From NCBI RefSeq assembly GCF_021028975.2, contig NC_059432.1, positions 50,344,001 through 50,408,000 of the forward strand: a stretch of DNA of 64,000 nt, in the 5' to 3' direction. Positions 24,701 to 37,900 of the stretch are shown piece by piece; the stretch's first letter is position 1, and each line of letters opens with the position of its first letter. The stretch is from Sphaerodactylus townsendi (Eukaryota). A program made the position numbers and the translations under genes. The notes beneath the pieces are model-generated. The model saw only the letters and a program-made list of their open reading frames with translations. It had not been told where the DNA came from and made no database searches.

Positions 24701-27700
24701 CGGAATTGACCTGAGAGATGCATTGGTGTGTGTGTTGCTTCTGGGTCAGTGGACACCTGTCTCTTCTAAATGCTACAACGAAGCATATAAACAAAATGAC
24801 ATGAAAATATTTTTAAATTAAAAAAAATATTTCAAAATATTTTTTAAATTAAGAGAAACAAAAACTAAGGCTTGCAATTGAAACCTTATTTCTGCTTATG
24901 CAGTGCCATTTGCGGCTATATACATTCCTCCTGTACTAGGTAATTTCTCTCTTGCAGGACCAGTATCATTCAATGGGGCAAAAAGTGCCTAGTGCTAGAG
25001 AAATGGGCTAAGAAGTGCATAAACAGAAACTAGGTGTAGGATCCTATGTTTCTGGTGCTGCTGTGTTTTCCCTTTGATACCATGTTCTCTTTCCTTACGA
25101 GATTTTCTTCACAGGCCTTTAGTATTATATTATCGCACAAAGGAGCGAAGCAAGCATTTTGTTGTCAGGTACTGAACCAATTCAGTGTGTTTCAAACTGT
25201 TTCACTTTGCTATGAGGCAACTCAACTTACATGTTACATGTTCGTAATTTCCAAACTTTCAGGCCCTTTTCCACGCGTGTACAGGCGGATTCAACTTGGC
25301 AAATGGGAGTCTTACAGAAGACACAAAAGTAGGTGTTAATTTGGAAAGGATACTATGAATGAATTGCCAATGTTGTCATAGATAGTGGAAGAATACAATT
25401 TTATTTGTTTTGTTTTTTTGTAGGAATTTCCAGTCAAGCAGATGCTTCTCAGCACAGGGGCAGTTCTGTATTGTGCATTCGTGGGAGTATGTCTTTCCAA
25501 ATCTTTCTGATATTTTTTTCCGATTTTTGTATTTTATATCAGTGTTGATAATTTGCAGCATAGAAGGTGGTAGCTCTTTCGGGCTGTATTGCTGTCTGAC
25601 TCAGAAAAATAAGTTTTGGGAGGCAGGGATATAGATGTACAGATGGTGTTAATACATCAGAACTAGGATTGGGGAGACCCATGTTCACATTTTCACTCCA
25701 CCGTGAAGCTCTTTGGCTACCCTTGGGCCACTCAGTACCTCTGAGCTTAATTATGTTGCAGGGCTGTTTTAAGGACAATCTGAGAGAAAGTAGAGAACAA
25801 CTCACTTTGAGTTTCATGGAAAAACTCAATAAATAAAATCTCACACTTGAAATTTCACCCAGGCCCCACTTAAGAAAACAATTTAGCCTTTTTTGACTTA
25901 TATCCCCATCCAAAGGGGGAGGGGGGGAAGGGTTTCAGGGAGCGATGAGGCCTTGCATTGGTGCATTTGCCCTCCCTAGGGTGCTTACCCCGCAGAGGGG
26001 GCAGATGCACTGGTGGCTGCCCATTCTGCATCCTCACTGCCACAAAATCTGGAAGTCTGGGTGGCGGTAGGTCTGCACTGGAGTCCTGCTTAGACACCAG
26101 AGTGTGTGGAGGGTGGGAAAAGCCAAGGCATTCCTGGGGGCGGAGCCAATGTTTGTCTGCTCCCACCTGGAATTGAGGACTGTGAGCACAGGTCTTTATG
26201 GTGGTGGTGGGGGGGGGAGGGGTTTCAGGGGTTTTCCTGCCCTCTTGGAGATAGCAAGGTGACGGGCGCCATGGCCCACCACCTCTGGGTTTGGAAGGGG
26301 CTGCCTGAGAGGCTAGATAAGATTCCCAAAACCTTGTGACTATTTCAAACCTAGTTGACTTCACCATCTCTGGTGTTAAAAAATTATGGCCAGGTGATTC
26401 TTCCCACATGGATTTACTTGATAAAGCACTCCTGTAGCTTTTCTCTTTGAACAGGGGAACCAGTGCAAATGGTCATGTATGTCACACTGTTGGGCAGCCC
26501 TTGTACATTCTGATTTTTCTTTTCTGAATGCTTCTAGGCTTTACCTCATTACATCATGACTCGCTATAAAGTGCAGAATCCTTCTATGCAACTGTTCCTC
26601 AAGAAAATCTTACCTGGTCCATTAACAGGTGAGTGAGCAGAAGCATCTGAGGTGGAATTTTTTTTCCCACCATGCTGGTGTTAGGACAATATTTCATCCC
26701 CAACAAGGTGTTCTACAGTCACTATAAGAAGAAACTTCTTTTTTGGCATTCTGAAGTAATAAACTGTTCCAAATGTTGGAAGAGGGAGAAGGAACTTCTG
26801 TTCCTGCAGTCTCCTTCATACTTTTTCTTCTCTTCCACAAGTCCTTGCCAAAATATTTCAGGTGTGAAAATGTGACACCCAAAGAAACTGGTTTTCTTCA
26901 ATGCAGATACGTTCTCTTCATGCATAGTAGTGTCTTAATGTGGAAGCTGCTAGTAATTCTTCAGGGGTTCTTGCTGCTTTGGTTGCTTTGCACTCCTGGG
27001 TCCAGGCCTTAGAGATGGTGTATTGTACAATGTGTGTTCAATGGGATTCATTTGATGGTCAAGCGAATGGCTGATTCTTGCCACATGTGCTCAAGTATTT
27101 TCCTTCCAAGCCTCTTTCTCTTTTTATAGCCATTTTGTGTGCATTTAACGTGCTGGTAATCAGAGGAAGAGAGTCTGAGAATGGGATAGAAATTATGGAT
27201 AGCAAAGGCAGCATTGTTGGAGTGTCACAGAATGCAGGAGAAAAGGTAAGCTTTTTTCACTCCAACAACTCTGAATTAAATTGAAGCAACTACTTCTAAC
27301 AGCACAATCCCCAACGCGAGGCAGCCAGGGATAATGCCGCTGCCATCCTACCGCCTCCAGGGGGCTTTCCAGCGGTGTGGGGAGGGAGCAAATACAGAAA
27401 AAAATACAGAAAAGCCCTTCATAGTGCTCAATGGACTTATGCTGCCCAAAATGGTAGCATAACTAGCATAGCTGTTTGCAGACCTGAGGAGGAAGCCAAC
27501 TAACATCGGCTCCATCCTTAGGACCACCTCTTGCATGTCTCCACTGTGCCTACTGGGCAGGCAGTGGTGTGTGTATGTGTATGTGAGGATTTGCTTTGTC
27601 AAAGGAATCCTAGTGATATCTTTGACAACTGGAAACCATTCTGTTTCTCCACATTCTGTCTTAATAGTAGCCTCCTGTCCAGAGTATTTTCTTGTGAAAT

Positions 27701-30700
27701 TCTCTCATGCTCCAGTTCCCAACATAAATTTGCAATATGAACTCTAGTGCCCCTTCCTTTTCTGAATCTAGCTTGACTATCTGGTGTTTCTTGTTTTATA
27801 TATAGTAACAGTCTTGGTTGTAAGATTTTGAGCATCACTTTGCTTGTATAAGAAATTAATATGATGATGATCTTATAGTTGCTGCAGTCTTTGACATCTC
27901 ATTTTTTGGAACTGGATTGTAGATTGAATGGTTCCAATCTGTGGAAAGTCAGAAAAACAATGTAAAAACATAATAGAAATGATTCAAGAAGACTGTATCA
28001 CAGTGATTCACTTTTGTTGGACTTGGATGTTTTCTATCAGGCTACTTGTGGCTATTTTGACCACTTTATGAACAAACCTAGCTTCATAAACTTTTACTGA
28101 AGCTGATACATTTTGGATCATAGCAGGTATTACTGCCAATGTGGAGCGTTATTTTTCCTTCTTTTTCTTCCCAGGCAGTGAGAGAAACAGCATTATCAAG
28201 AGCACTACTTTTTGGGACAGCAGTATGTATTCCAGACGTTGTTCTGGACTATGTAAAACGGTAAGAGTGTAGCAGTTTTTACTGCTACTTGTGTATGCTG
28301 TGTAGTTCATATATGTATGTTTTATGCATCTATTGGAATCTATTGATTTACTTTGTTTGTCAGCATCGCTAACTGCTTTCTGTAATTTAAAACTTGCTGA
28401 CATCTTCTGCACTGGTATGCCACTTCTGGATACATTTCTAGAGCTACTGATCATTACTTTCAGATTGTACCCTAAAATTATGTGGTGATGTCATCAACAT
28501 CACACCCCCATGACCCCCATAAGGGTGCAATTGTGCCTATTAACAGCTGTGATTTTCCTGTGGCTAAAGGGATTATATGTAAAAGGGTTTTTGCATTGGA
28601 TATGAGTTGAATTCTTATTTAGTATTAGAATTTTTCCTTAGTTAAAGTGTAAGGTTTTTTTTCTCTGCAAAGAAAACTCCAAGGACAAAGGATCTGTATG
28701 AATGTCACCCCTTTGAGCTACAAAATAACCCCTACCATCTTGTCATTGCAGTGGCATGTGTTGGGTGTCCTGGATGGTGGACCTTCCTCCTCCCACTGCT
28801 TTCAGCCTTCCCTTTCCCCCAGTCACCATCACGGGAAGGTTACAGCCTGCCAAATTTCCTCAAGTGACTCACTGCAAAATTACAAACTGTACCCAAACAG
28901 ATGATTTGTTCATTATCAATATCCATTCCAAGAAAATTTCAGTATCTCAGATCAATGTTCCATGTATAGCATACATATAGATAAATGCAAGCTTTTAAAC
29001 CTTATGTCTGTTCATTATTTGGTATCAAATCATCTCTTTATATACAATTCGTTTGTCCTTTACTCTTGTATGAGCATTGCAGAACCATACCATTGAAAGT
29101 CTGTTATATCATACTTGCGGAAGTCAGGATTTTTAATGAAGGAGCCTCAAAACAAGCAATAAACAAGAGTTTGTCAAAGAACAATAAAAGATTAATGATT
29201 CAAACATTAAGAACAAACGTTAAGAACAGGAGAATCTGATCTCGAAGTGACTATGCAATAAGTTATTTATCTCCATATTTCTGTTTGGAGACAACATTAT
29301 GAACTTGTGAGAACAAGGCAGTTGAACTGTATATAAGTTACTGTAAACCTTAAAGAGACAATTGGACACCAAATAATGAACAGGCATATTGTCTAAAAAA
29401 GCTTATTTATATGTATTTAGTACATGGAACATTGATCTCTGAGACTGAAATTTTCTTTGCATAGATATTGATAATGAACATATGATCCATTTGTTTAGAT
29501 ACAGATTGTGACTTTGCAATGAGTGACCTGTTCTGTATATATAGAGAGAGAACTCCTGTATATATGTGTATAAGGAAGTGTGAGAGAGATTTAAACACTT
29601 CTTCAAGTGGCTGTGGCTCAGTTGACCACTAGGGGCTCCTAGACGGCCCCAGCTCCAAAATGCAAACAGAGGGCAAATTAGGGGGAGGGCATAGCCAGGG
29701 AGAGTGGCTGGGGGATTTAGGGCATTGTAGGCCCTGGCTGAGGAGGATGTGTTTGGGACTGCTCCTCTTCTGCCTGTCCAGGCAAAGAGAGAGCCAATGG
29801 CTTCTGGAGCAGTCTAATTGGAGGAGGGGGGAACAGAGGCTAGGTGATTTGAACCCACTTTCCCTCATATCTGCAGCCAAAGCAGGGACAGACAGTCTGA
29901 TTTCCTTCAAGTGACTTCCATTTCTCCATCTCAGATCCCACCAGCTAGTTGCAAGCTCCCTCCTACAGGGTGCATTTATATTCAAAAGTGGATGTTCCAT
30001 GTCTGATTCTGTAAGCAGCTTTGGTGAACTACTTCAGGGAGTACCTAGAAGACACCACTCAGTACCTTGTGGCCTAATGGCTTCCTTGAACCAGAATCAT
30101 TGTAGGGAAACAATTTGAAGGAGAGTAGGGTAAGCAGCAGTAATTTAGTGGCGTCTCCTCAGTGTCTATCCTTTGCTTTCAAACCCAACTTGAGTCCTGA
30201 GACTATTTTCTCATAAATAATTTGTCCTATTGTCTCTAACAGCACAAATGTTTTACGCCGAAATCTATTTGTTTTGGGTCCACTGAGAGCTGTTATGATG
30301 ATTTCAATCCTTGGACTGATGATACCTGTTTCATTTAGTTGGATCCCACAATTAGGAACGGTAAATCTTACTTTCTTTTCCTAACATTTTAGGGATTTTA
30401 TTTTCCTTGCAGCAGCTGCCAATATTGCATTGTAGTCTTCCTTCAGTTCCTCTTTAAAATGGGGATAATAGAGGCAGCCATGATTTCCAAATGTTGTCAG
30501 TATCAAAGGTGCCAATACTGTATATGTAGTACTGGCAGGACTGAATACTGGTTCATTTGATGACTGATTTTCCTGAAAGACAGAGAAGTCATTCTTTAAA
30601 ATCTTGAAAAGAGTATGTTTCTCTCACATGCCATAGGTGTCCTTAAGGCTGAATTTACATGAATGAGATCAAATTATCACCGAGATATCATGTCTAACCA

Positions 30701-31070
30701 AATGAGAGTCCATTCCCAAATAATTTCCTGCTGTTGATTTTAGAGAACTTGACATATTCTGGAGCCCAGGTGTCTCTTACGTTGAGTAAAGATATTGGCC
30801 TTGCTGCTGCTTCTTCACATTTACCGTTTCAAGGCATATACTAGCTTAGTGGCAATACTTCAACTTTCAGTGACCCTAGAAAACCTTTTTTTTGTGGTAA
30901 ATGCATTTGCACATTATTTTCATACACAAAACTGAACTGAAATAAGGAAGCTAGTAATGGTTTGAAATGTTAATGGTGTGTTTGTGTTTCAGATACAACG
31001 AAGTTTAATTGAGCCACAAATAATCTCATCCACTGAAGAAACAGAATTCTTTTACAGCAGAGGAATTTAA
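15739..31070 (+). CDS. SFXN4: Sideroflexin 4 (14 exons, 319 aa)
   Basis: join(15739..15777,16815..16880,17967..18041,20118..20144,20247..20301,23693..23718,25115..25168,25263..25328,25424..25486,26538..26628,27130..27245,28175..28260,30243..30360,30993..31070) = 960 nt open frame, all GT-AG. Motifs NLQFW..QRFYHWIDILDP, IPTIFRPPAFLP, NGIEIMDSKGSIVGVS, AVRETALSRALLFGT, STEETEFFYSRGI*. Lies between PRDX3 and DENND10 as in other amniotes. Confidence 0.93.
16139..16489. mobile_element. hAT MITE with a nested Harbinger-like palindromic MITE (16294-16425)
   Basis: Outer TSD GCTGAAGG (16131-16138, 16490-16497). Inner TIR GGCTCATTCCGCACATGCAGAATAATGC / GCATTATTTTGCATGTGCAGATGGGGCC with 3-bp TSD TCT. 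A related fragment lies at about 4006-4128. Confidence 0.82.
18139..18600. mobile_element. GC/CpG-rich Harbinger-like MITE containing a 162-bp spacerless palindrome (18265-18426)
   Basis: Begins GATCGTTTCCGCACGG. Near-perfect inverted repeat centred on TCCGGA (18345-18350). Right boundary approximate. Confidence 0.7.
19526..19834. mobile_element. Decayed hAT-type MITE (second copy at about 24278-24573)
   Basis: Two dispersed copies share CTTTGGAATTCTGACA...TCAGAAGCCTTGCTGGGCA...GGCACCAG. Confidence 0.6.
20365..22160 (+). mobile_element. Decayed Penelope-like retroelement (Neptune-type) RT + GIY-YIG ORF in SFXN4 intron 5
   Basis: Frameshifted remnants IKEADEGGGIILM, DEDPTE, SSLEPLAKYLDSFL, TLDVGALYTNIP, NNYFRF..GVSMGS, SFHPKHLGDSLPFSQLL, CGHCAACP, CPCSKIYVETCQRS. 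A probable AT-rich pLTR continues to about 23050. Confidence 0.88.
27592..27945 (-). mobile_element. RTE/BovB LINE RT fragment
   Basis: MLKILQPRLLLYIKQETPDSQARFRKGRGTRVHIANLCW resembles BovB MLKILQARLQQYVNRELPDVQAGFRKGRGTRDQIANIRW. Confidence 0.85.
28864..29528. repeat. Diverged AT-rich inverted repeat (arms about 28864-29080 and 29300-29528)
   Basis: TGTTCATTATCAATATC..AAGAAAATTTCAGT..AGATCAATGTTCCATGTA..CTGTTCATTATTTGGT recurs as its reverse complement. Confidence 0.8.
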
Positions 31071-33098
31071 TAACTTGTAGGATGTTTTGTGATACATTCA
31101 TTTGAAGGTTTTGTTTCTAAGTTTGAAGAAGTATCTTGGTTATATGTGATAAGCTTGAATCAGTATTCTATACATTGTCACAGAACTTACATCATGTGTG
31201 GAAACTTCACCACCCCAACTGGGAGAAAGGAACATAAAATCACGAATGTCTTTTCCAAAGACAGAGGATTTAATTTTGTGATTACTGTATGTAATTATTA
31301 AAGCCAATAGTGAACAACTAAGGGACCACTGTATATTTTTTCTTCTGCCATTTTATGGCAGCTAAGTGGAATAATTGTAGTGAACTTTCCAGTAGAAATT
31401 GTGTCCTCTTCTTGCATTGTCATCATCTTGCTGCCTAGGGTAAGCTGTCCAAAGTCTCAGAGGGAGGAATTTCCTGGTTAAATGGTTGGATTTGTACTGA
31501 AAGCACACAGGTATGAATCTCTAAGTCTTTAAGATATCTTGGAAGCCTTTAGCAAGTCATAAGAATGTAAGAGGTGCCTTGCTGAATTTGACCACCTGCC
31601 CACATCTTGTTTCCCAAAGGGAGGGGGAACAAATAGAACATAGAGGGGAAGGCCTTTCTCTTATGTTGCCTCCTAATATTGCTATTCAAATAGATATATC
31701 CTCCACATGTAGTTCTCATCCCCTTTTAAAGCTATCAACACTAGTAGCCACCACCAAATCTATTGGCAGGCGGATTCTGCACGAGCCGTAAACAGCACCC
31801 CTGGCAAAAACACCATCCCTGGGGCACTGTTCACACGACTGCCACCTCCTGAGCAAGGCAGCGCTGCACTTTTCTTCCCGAGAAGCTGTTTTTGAGAACA
31901 GCGGCATCCACCTGGTGCCAACAGAATGGCACCGGGTGGAAGACGCTATTTTCTGGTGCACTTCTCCTCGGCTTCATCTTTATACCTCCTCTTCCCTGCA
32001 TAGCTCCATGGGGACATAGGGACGAGGGGACATGCCTCCTGGCCCAACCCCTGAGGCGGCGCCATGGCTACGGTGGCATGTTCCCTCGTCTCTGCAGAGC
32101 TATGCAGGGAAGAGGAGGTAAGTACAAAAAAGAAGCGGCGACTCTCCATCTGGAGGTGCCTCCACAGGCTGCAGCGGTTCTGGGGCCACACACAGAAAAG
32201 CATGCAAATGGTCCTGGGGGTGCATCAGCATCAAGTATGCCAGTGCACTGCTGCTCTTAAGGCCCGTACAGAGTGGGTTGCAGTGAATTCCACAGTTTAA
32301 TAACTTGCTGTGAAAAGTAATACATCTTTTTATCTATGCAGAATCTAATCCCCAACTTTTTTCTTCAGGGTTGTTGTGATGATAAAACAAAGTGCAACAT
32401 ATGCTCCCTGAGATTAAAAAATAATACAGAGTCAAGTAGAGTTCTTTGTATAGTCTAATATTGATTTTGATGCTGTTGGGAGTGCAACTTCTGGCCTGCC
32501 TCCTTTTGCATTTTATTTATTAAGTACCCTTTCCCACGAAAGCTGATACTCTATTAAAGAGCAGTGTTCTTTGACCACTGGCCTCACATCTCATGCCAAG
32601 ATGATTACTCTGCAACAAGGGACAGTTAGTGAAAATAAATTCAGCATGGTTGAATGTTAATGGGAACAGGAAAATAAAATCACACCTGTATAAGTATAAG
32701 GTGGGTAAAATGACCAGGACCAAGCACCTCTGGACAAAAATGCTGTTTTAGCATATAGTTAACAAGAAGGACGGGGTAGGCTAAAGAAGCTAGTCCTGAA
32801 AACTGTTAACTCTTCCACTGGGAAAATAGCCTAGAAAGAATAATTGTCAGTATCAAAGCCTCATTTATCTCAATATTGGCTTCATGTCTTAAGAACTCAG
32901 TCATCTAGTGAAAGCAGCAAGATGGGCAACGGATAATCTTTCCCTCACATTTTTTTTTTAGGGGCATTGGCCTCAAGTCTTAGGAGAGATAGTAGACTAG
33001 GTTGCTTGACCAATCCCCGCCCCCCTCTTCCAGGTGCTATAAGGAAGATGGAAAAAACTCTTTCAAAACTTCATCTGAACGAGGCAATGTTCTGTAAA

Positions 33099-33352
33099 AG
33101 GAGGAGTTTGGATTTATACCCCACCTTTTTCTCCTGTAAGGAGACTCAAGGTGGCTTACAAACTCCTTTCCCTTCCTCTCTCTACAACATACACCTCGTG
33201 AGGTAGGTGGGGCTGTGAAAGTTCCGAAGAACTGTGACTAGCCCAAGCTCACCCAGCAGGAAACACCAGATAAACCTCTGCCACTCAGGTGGAGGAGTGG
33301 GGAACCTGGTTCTCCAGATTAGAATCCATCGGCTCTTAACCATGCTGGCTCC
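33099..33352 (-). mobile_element. tRNA-derived SINE (same family as 46273-46568)
   Basis: Reverse complement of GGTTAAGAGC...AATCTGGAG...GGGCTAGTCACAG...CCTCAC...TTTGTAAGCC...TTGAGTCTCC...ATAAATCCAAACTCCTCC. Confidence 0.8.
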
Positions 33353-34999
33353 ACGCCCCACCAAAGGCTGAATCAAGAGGCTGAACTGCAGGTGGCAAGC
33401 CTCTACTGGAACTCTTAACAGATTGCCTTACTCTTGCTGTCTCACATTCCTGTCATACTGATGACCCATGCACACATTAGGGGTGAGTGACTAGACTTAA
33501 AATAGATGGTATCAACAAGGCACAGCATGCAAACCAGCTTTTTGTATATACCTAGCCTTAAAATTGACAGTCAGACCTGAGATTTGCCTTTTAAAAAACA
33601 AACAAACATGAATTTGTGATGTGCGAGGGGATGAAGATGGGAAGACTATCCACACTGAAGTGCCAGGTTTACAAGGTTAAGTCTACAGCTGAAGTACAAA
33701 AGTTAAATAAGACAACTGTAAGAAATTGGCTTTTTGAGATACACATGTTTAGATCTCCACTGAAACATTTCTGAACAAAGATGGAACAAACACCCCTGAA
33801 AATAGGGGAGCAGTGCGCATGCTTACAGCCTTCTTAGCATTCATTAGATATTTGTACAAAGTTATTGATTTCTCCTTTTTTACCTTCCATCTTCTAAACA
33901 CAACACAGATTCCTTAAACATGGTATAAAAAGGATTCTCAAATTAATATGGCTAGTACACAGCAATGTCTGTTAAATTGAATAGTTATTTCCGAAGTGTG
34001 AGTTGTAGAAATTACTGATTTTTTTTAAAAAAATCTAGTATACAGGGATTCTTGTGTGCTGCAGCGTATCCTTAGGAACACTAAGGGGGAATAAATGTAC
34101 TTTTTTTTAATAAAGCAAAGTGCTTAGTGCAGAGCCTCCAACAGCAGTTTTGGAGTTCCTGCAAAATCCTTGGTTTACAATATGTATTCTCTGAATCAAA
34201 GAATTTATGAGCCATAATACATAGTGCATACCAACATGTGTCTACAGTTCTTAAAAAGCTGTTTCAACAGAACAGCAGTCTTAAGAATGCTACTTTTCAA
34301 CAGAAAAATAGCTTGGTGCATGGACAGATACCTCAATTAAATATCCCAGGCATTTTTTGTCCAAGGGGATATACATGAAAATTAAACCCATAGGATGTTG
34401 CTTCAGAAAAGCAATCATTGGGATAATTAAGCTCTCCCTCCCATGCATTTTTCTGCCAGATGTTGCTCATTTTCCTTAGAAGCAGCAGCCATTGAGTTTT
34501 AATACATATACACACACATAAAATTGACCTTGCCCTTATCTCTTTCTTGAAAATTGTGACCAGAGCTTCAGAGCTGAATGTAAACAATTACCAATAGATA
34601 AATAACTTTTATCTTAATCATTGTAACAGCTTTCAAATTCTGTGTCACTTTTGAAGCACGGTTTGTTATACTATGATTTCAGTATACTACCAAATATTTT
34701 TCCCTCTTAAATCACAATGACCATTTTCAGCTCAAAACAATCATGCTGTTACTTTTTCAGTCCTGGGTAAATAGGGCTTTTTTTTCTTTTAAAAAAATCT
34801 GCCCCATTTCATATAAAATCATAAGTTGGGGGGAGGAAATCTAGGACCTACACCCATTGAGTTCCAATGAGTTCCCGCTGAAACATCCAAAGAAGATATT
34901 TTTCCTCTGCTGATCATACAGACGTATAGAATATTCAGATTATGAAAGAAGAATTTCCTTTTGAAACTTAATACTTAGATACTTCTTTTTTTAAAAAAA

Positions 35000-37900
35000 T
35001 CATATCTTCAGCATTTGTTCAGCAGCTGCCAGATGATAGAGAAAATTTTCAGTTGCTGGTGGAAATCGCTTCTTTTTCAGTGCTTCATAGTTCAGTGATG
35101 GTTTCTCATTCTCATGTAAGACTTCTGTAAGCGAGGCCAGGTTTGTCAAGATCTCTTTTGTCTTCAGAGAAATATCCTTAGAAGAAGAACCAGTTAAAAT
35201 ATGAATATAGGATAGCAAAATAAGTTTATGACAAATAATACAACAAGAGGTCGGGCTCACAGATTTTAGAAGTAGTGTTAACCTTTTCCCCTCTTTATTT
35301 GTATCTGACCAGCAACGGTGCAGATTTATTTTTATAGAGAGCTGCTTAACCAAAATATCAAAAGATTCTAAAAGACAGTGTAGCAGTTTCATCTCTTAAG
35401 CACTCTGTACCACCAGCGGATGGAGAAGCTAGTGTCACTTCTATTGTATAGTCTGTGTCCATGTGGACAGGCAATCCAGAAATATGGTCTTTGCTTGACT
35501 GAAGAGCTGAAGGGCCTGTAGAGCTCTCCCTCCACTACCTTGAATTTCAGCTCTTCGATCCATTCCAGCCTTCAGCTCACAATCATTACACCATTCAGCC
35601 TTCGTCTTCGTCTAGTATCATGGAAGTGGGGGAGAGTTATGTCTGTTCCTCTGTGCTACAGCTGAAGGTGCAAATATTGTCTACAAAAAGCCCATCAGAA
35701 TAGCAAACAACTTTACGATAACGGAATAAGCCCTGCCATTTCAAAGCCTTAATTTATATTCTGTGTAATGTGCCACAATGAGATGACTCAAAATACTGTG
35801 TAGCATAACTTGGAAGTTTCAGAACATGATGCTCAATTGAATCACTTTCGACTTCGAGGCAATACAACCAGATGCTCTGTCAGCCTTGACTTCTCACCAC
35901 TGCAATGGGAAACATCTTCACAGAGAAATTAAATAGGCAAGGACTACAGAAGCATCAACAGCCTAATCTTAGACATGTTCAGTGAGAAATCCATTAATTT
36001 CTGTGGGAGTTACTTCACATAAATATTCTTAGGAATGCATCAGAACAGTGCTGCATAAATTATAGTCCAAGTCTAATTCTGACCCACTTATGTGAATAGT
36101 GGAAAAGCCAGAAGATCAGGAAGTTGCAGGCCTAAATACTCTATCTCACTTTAAAAGTGAGCCTGTGAATGAATGATGTAATGGCATATTACATTGTACA
36201 ATTGCTTTTCCCTTCATTTGTCTTCTTGCAATATAATAGTTTTTCACAAACGTGGTTCTCCAGTCTCAAAGACAAGGTCAAGCCACAGTACTTGCTCTTT
36301 GAAAAGACCAAAACAACAATACCATGATAAAGATTGATGCAGTACAGGCATAAGAAACTTAACCTTTACAACTTGAATATTTGATCTGTCTGGGTCTTCT
36401 GCAGACTGAACGATGAGCTGACCAATTTCTTTGTGCAGTTTTCCCATTGTCATTGCCTCTGGGGAGATAAGAGAGCTGTTGTCATTCATTTTACCCCATT
36501 ATCAAGCTCAGTGAATAGAAATGAAAAAAATCATTTATATTTTTGTATTTATATGTGGTCTGTCAGAAGTGTGTCACCTCCTTTGATCACCACACTTGTG
36601 ACTTCCAACTATATCTATACTACAGCTATCGTATCATATATCTGCCGCATCTAGTCATTATCACACACAGATGGGCTAGCAGAATTCTTCTCACTACATC
36701 ATTTTAGCATTTGATGTTTTATACATTTCCTTCATAATCTAGATTCTAGGTACTTCAGTGGTTCACAGGTCTTTAAGAGTAACCAGATGATTGTCTGTGC
36801 TGTGCATTTCATTTCCTTTAGAGCACACTTCCAGTAAGGAAGCCCTCACCCCTGGGTGGGCACATCGCACAATATTCATCAGTTATAAAGTAGGGATGAG
36901 ACTGGACACTTTCCTCCTCCCCATCAATCCATCAGCCTCTGAATGCCAGCATCTCAGGATTCTACTGGGCTCCAGTAGATATTGCCAGGTTTAGTGAAAC
37001 TTCTTTCATTGTTGATGAAAATGGAAAGAGCATTTCACCAAATGGCTTCAACAAGGTGCTGCCCATTGTGGAAGAAAATGGACCACTGGAGAATTCCCCC
37101 TTGTCACTGACCCAAATCTCCTGTTCAAGACTAGTAAAAGCTTTTAGGGGCTGCAGCAGGCCAGTTTCGTTGTCACCCTCTTTTCCCACCTCTTTGACTC
37201 ACAACATTCTAAAGTCAATGAGTATACCCAGTCCTTAGCAAGACTAAGGGTGCATGTAAGTTAACAAAATAATGTATTTGTGCATGCCTGGAGAGTTCCC
37301 TGACTGTATCCACTTTGGTAGGGTGAACTCCATTTGTTGTTTCTGTGACAGAAAATTTACAGTTGGCTGTCTATTACTGGCTTTAAAAATACTGAGTAGG
37401 TATATACTGGCCAGATAGCAGCTCAAAATGCAACGAAGAAACAAAATGAAGCTGGAAGTCTGAGCAAATATCCGTGTCTTCCTTTCTTGGCCACACACAC
37501 ATATGCCTGTTGTATATTACAATGTAAATGTAATAGGAGCCAATTCAACAGAAGAACAAGCTACAGATGCAATAGATGAATTAGAAATCTGAGTCACTGC
37601 CCAACTTTGATCCTGTTCTCTGCATCCTGAATTAAGCTCTGCGTTAGTACTTAAAACCATAATTCTTTATGGCCTTTTCTGTATATTTCCTTTGGCAGGC
37701 CTTGATAACAAGGTTAGTTTTTGGCAACAAAGGCAGGTGTAATAGTTGAGTTCAGAAGAAAAGGATACAATTAATCACAATCATGGAGTCAAGATTGTGG
37801 GACATTTCTCAAAATCAGAAAATTGTACCAAACTCATGGGGAATCCGCTTCCAGGAAAATACTAACGAACAGAATAGAAGCAACAAACCTTTTGCTTTTT

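Noticed and set aside
36962-37189. 75-aa minus-strand ORF within DENND10 intron 7 as a possible alternative exon
   Set aside because: DENND10 is complete without it, and I found no homology or convincing splice-site pair.
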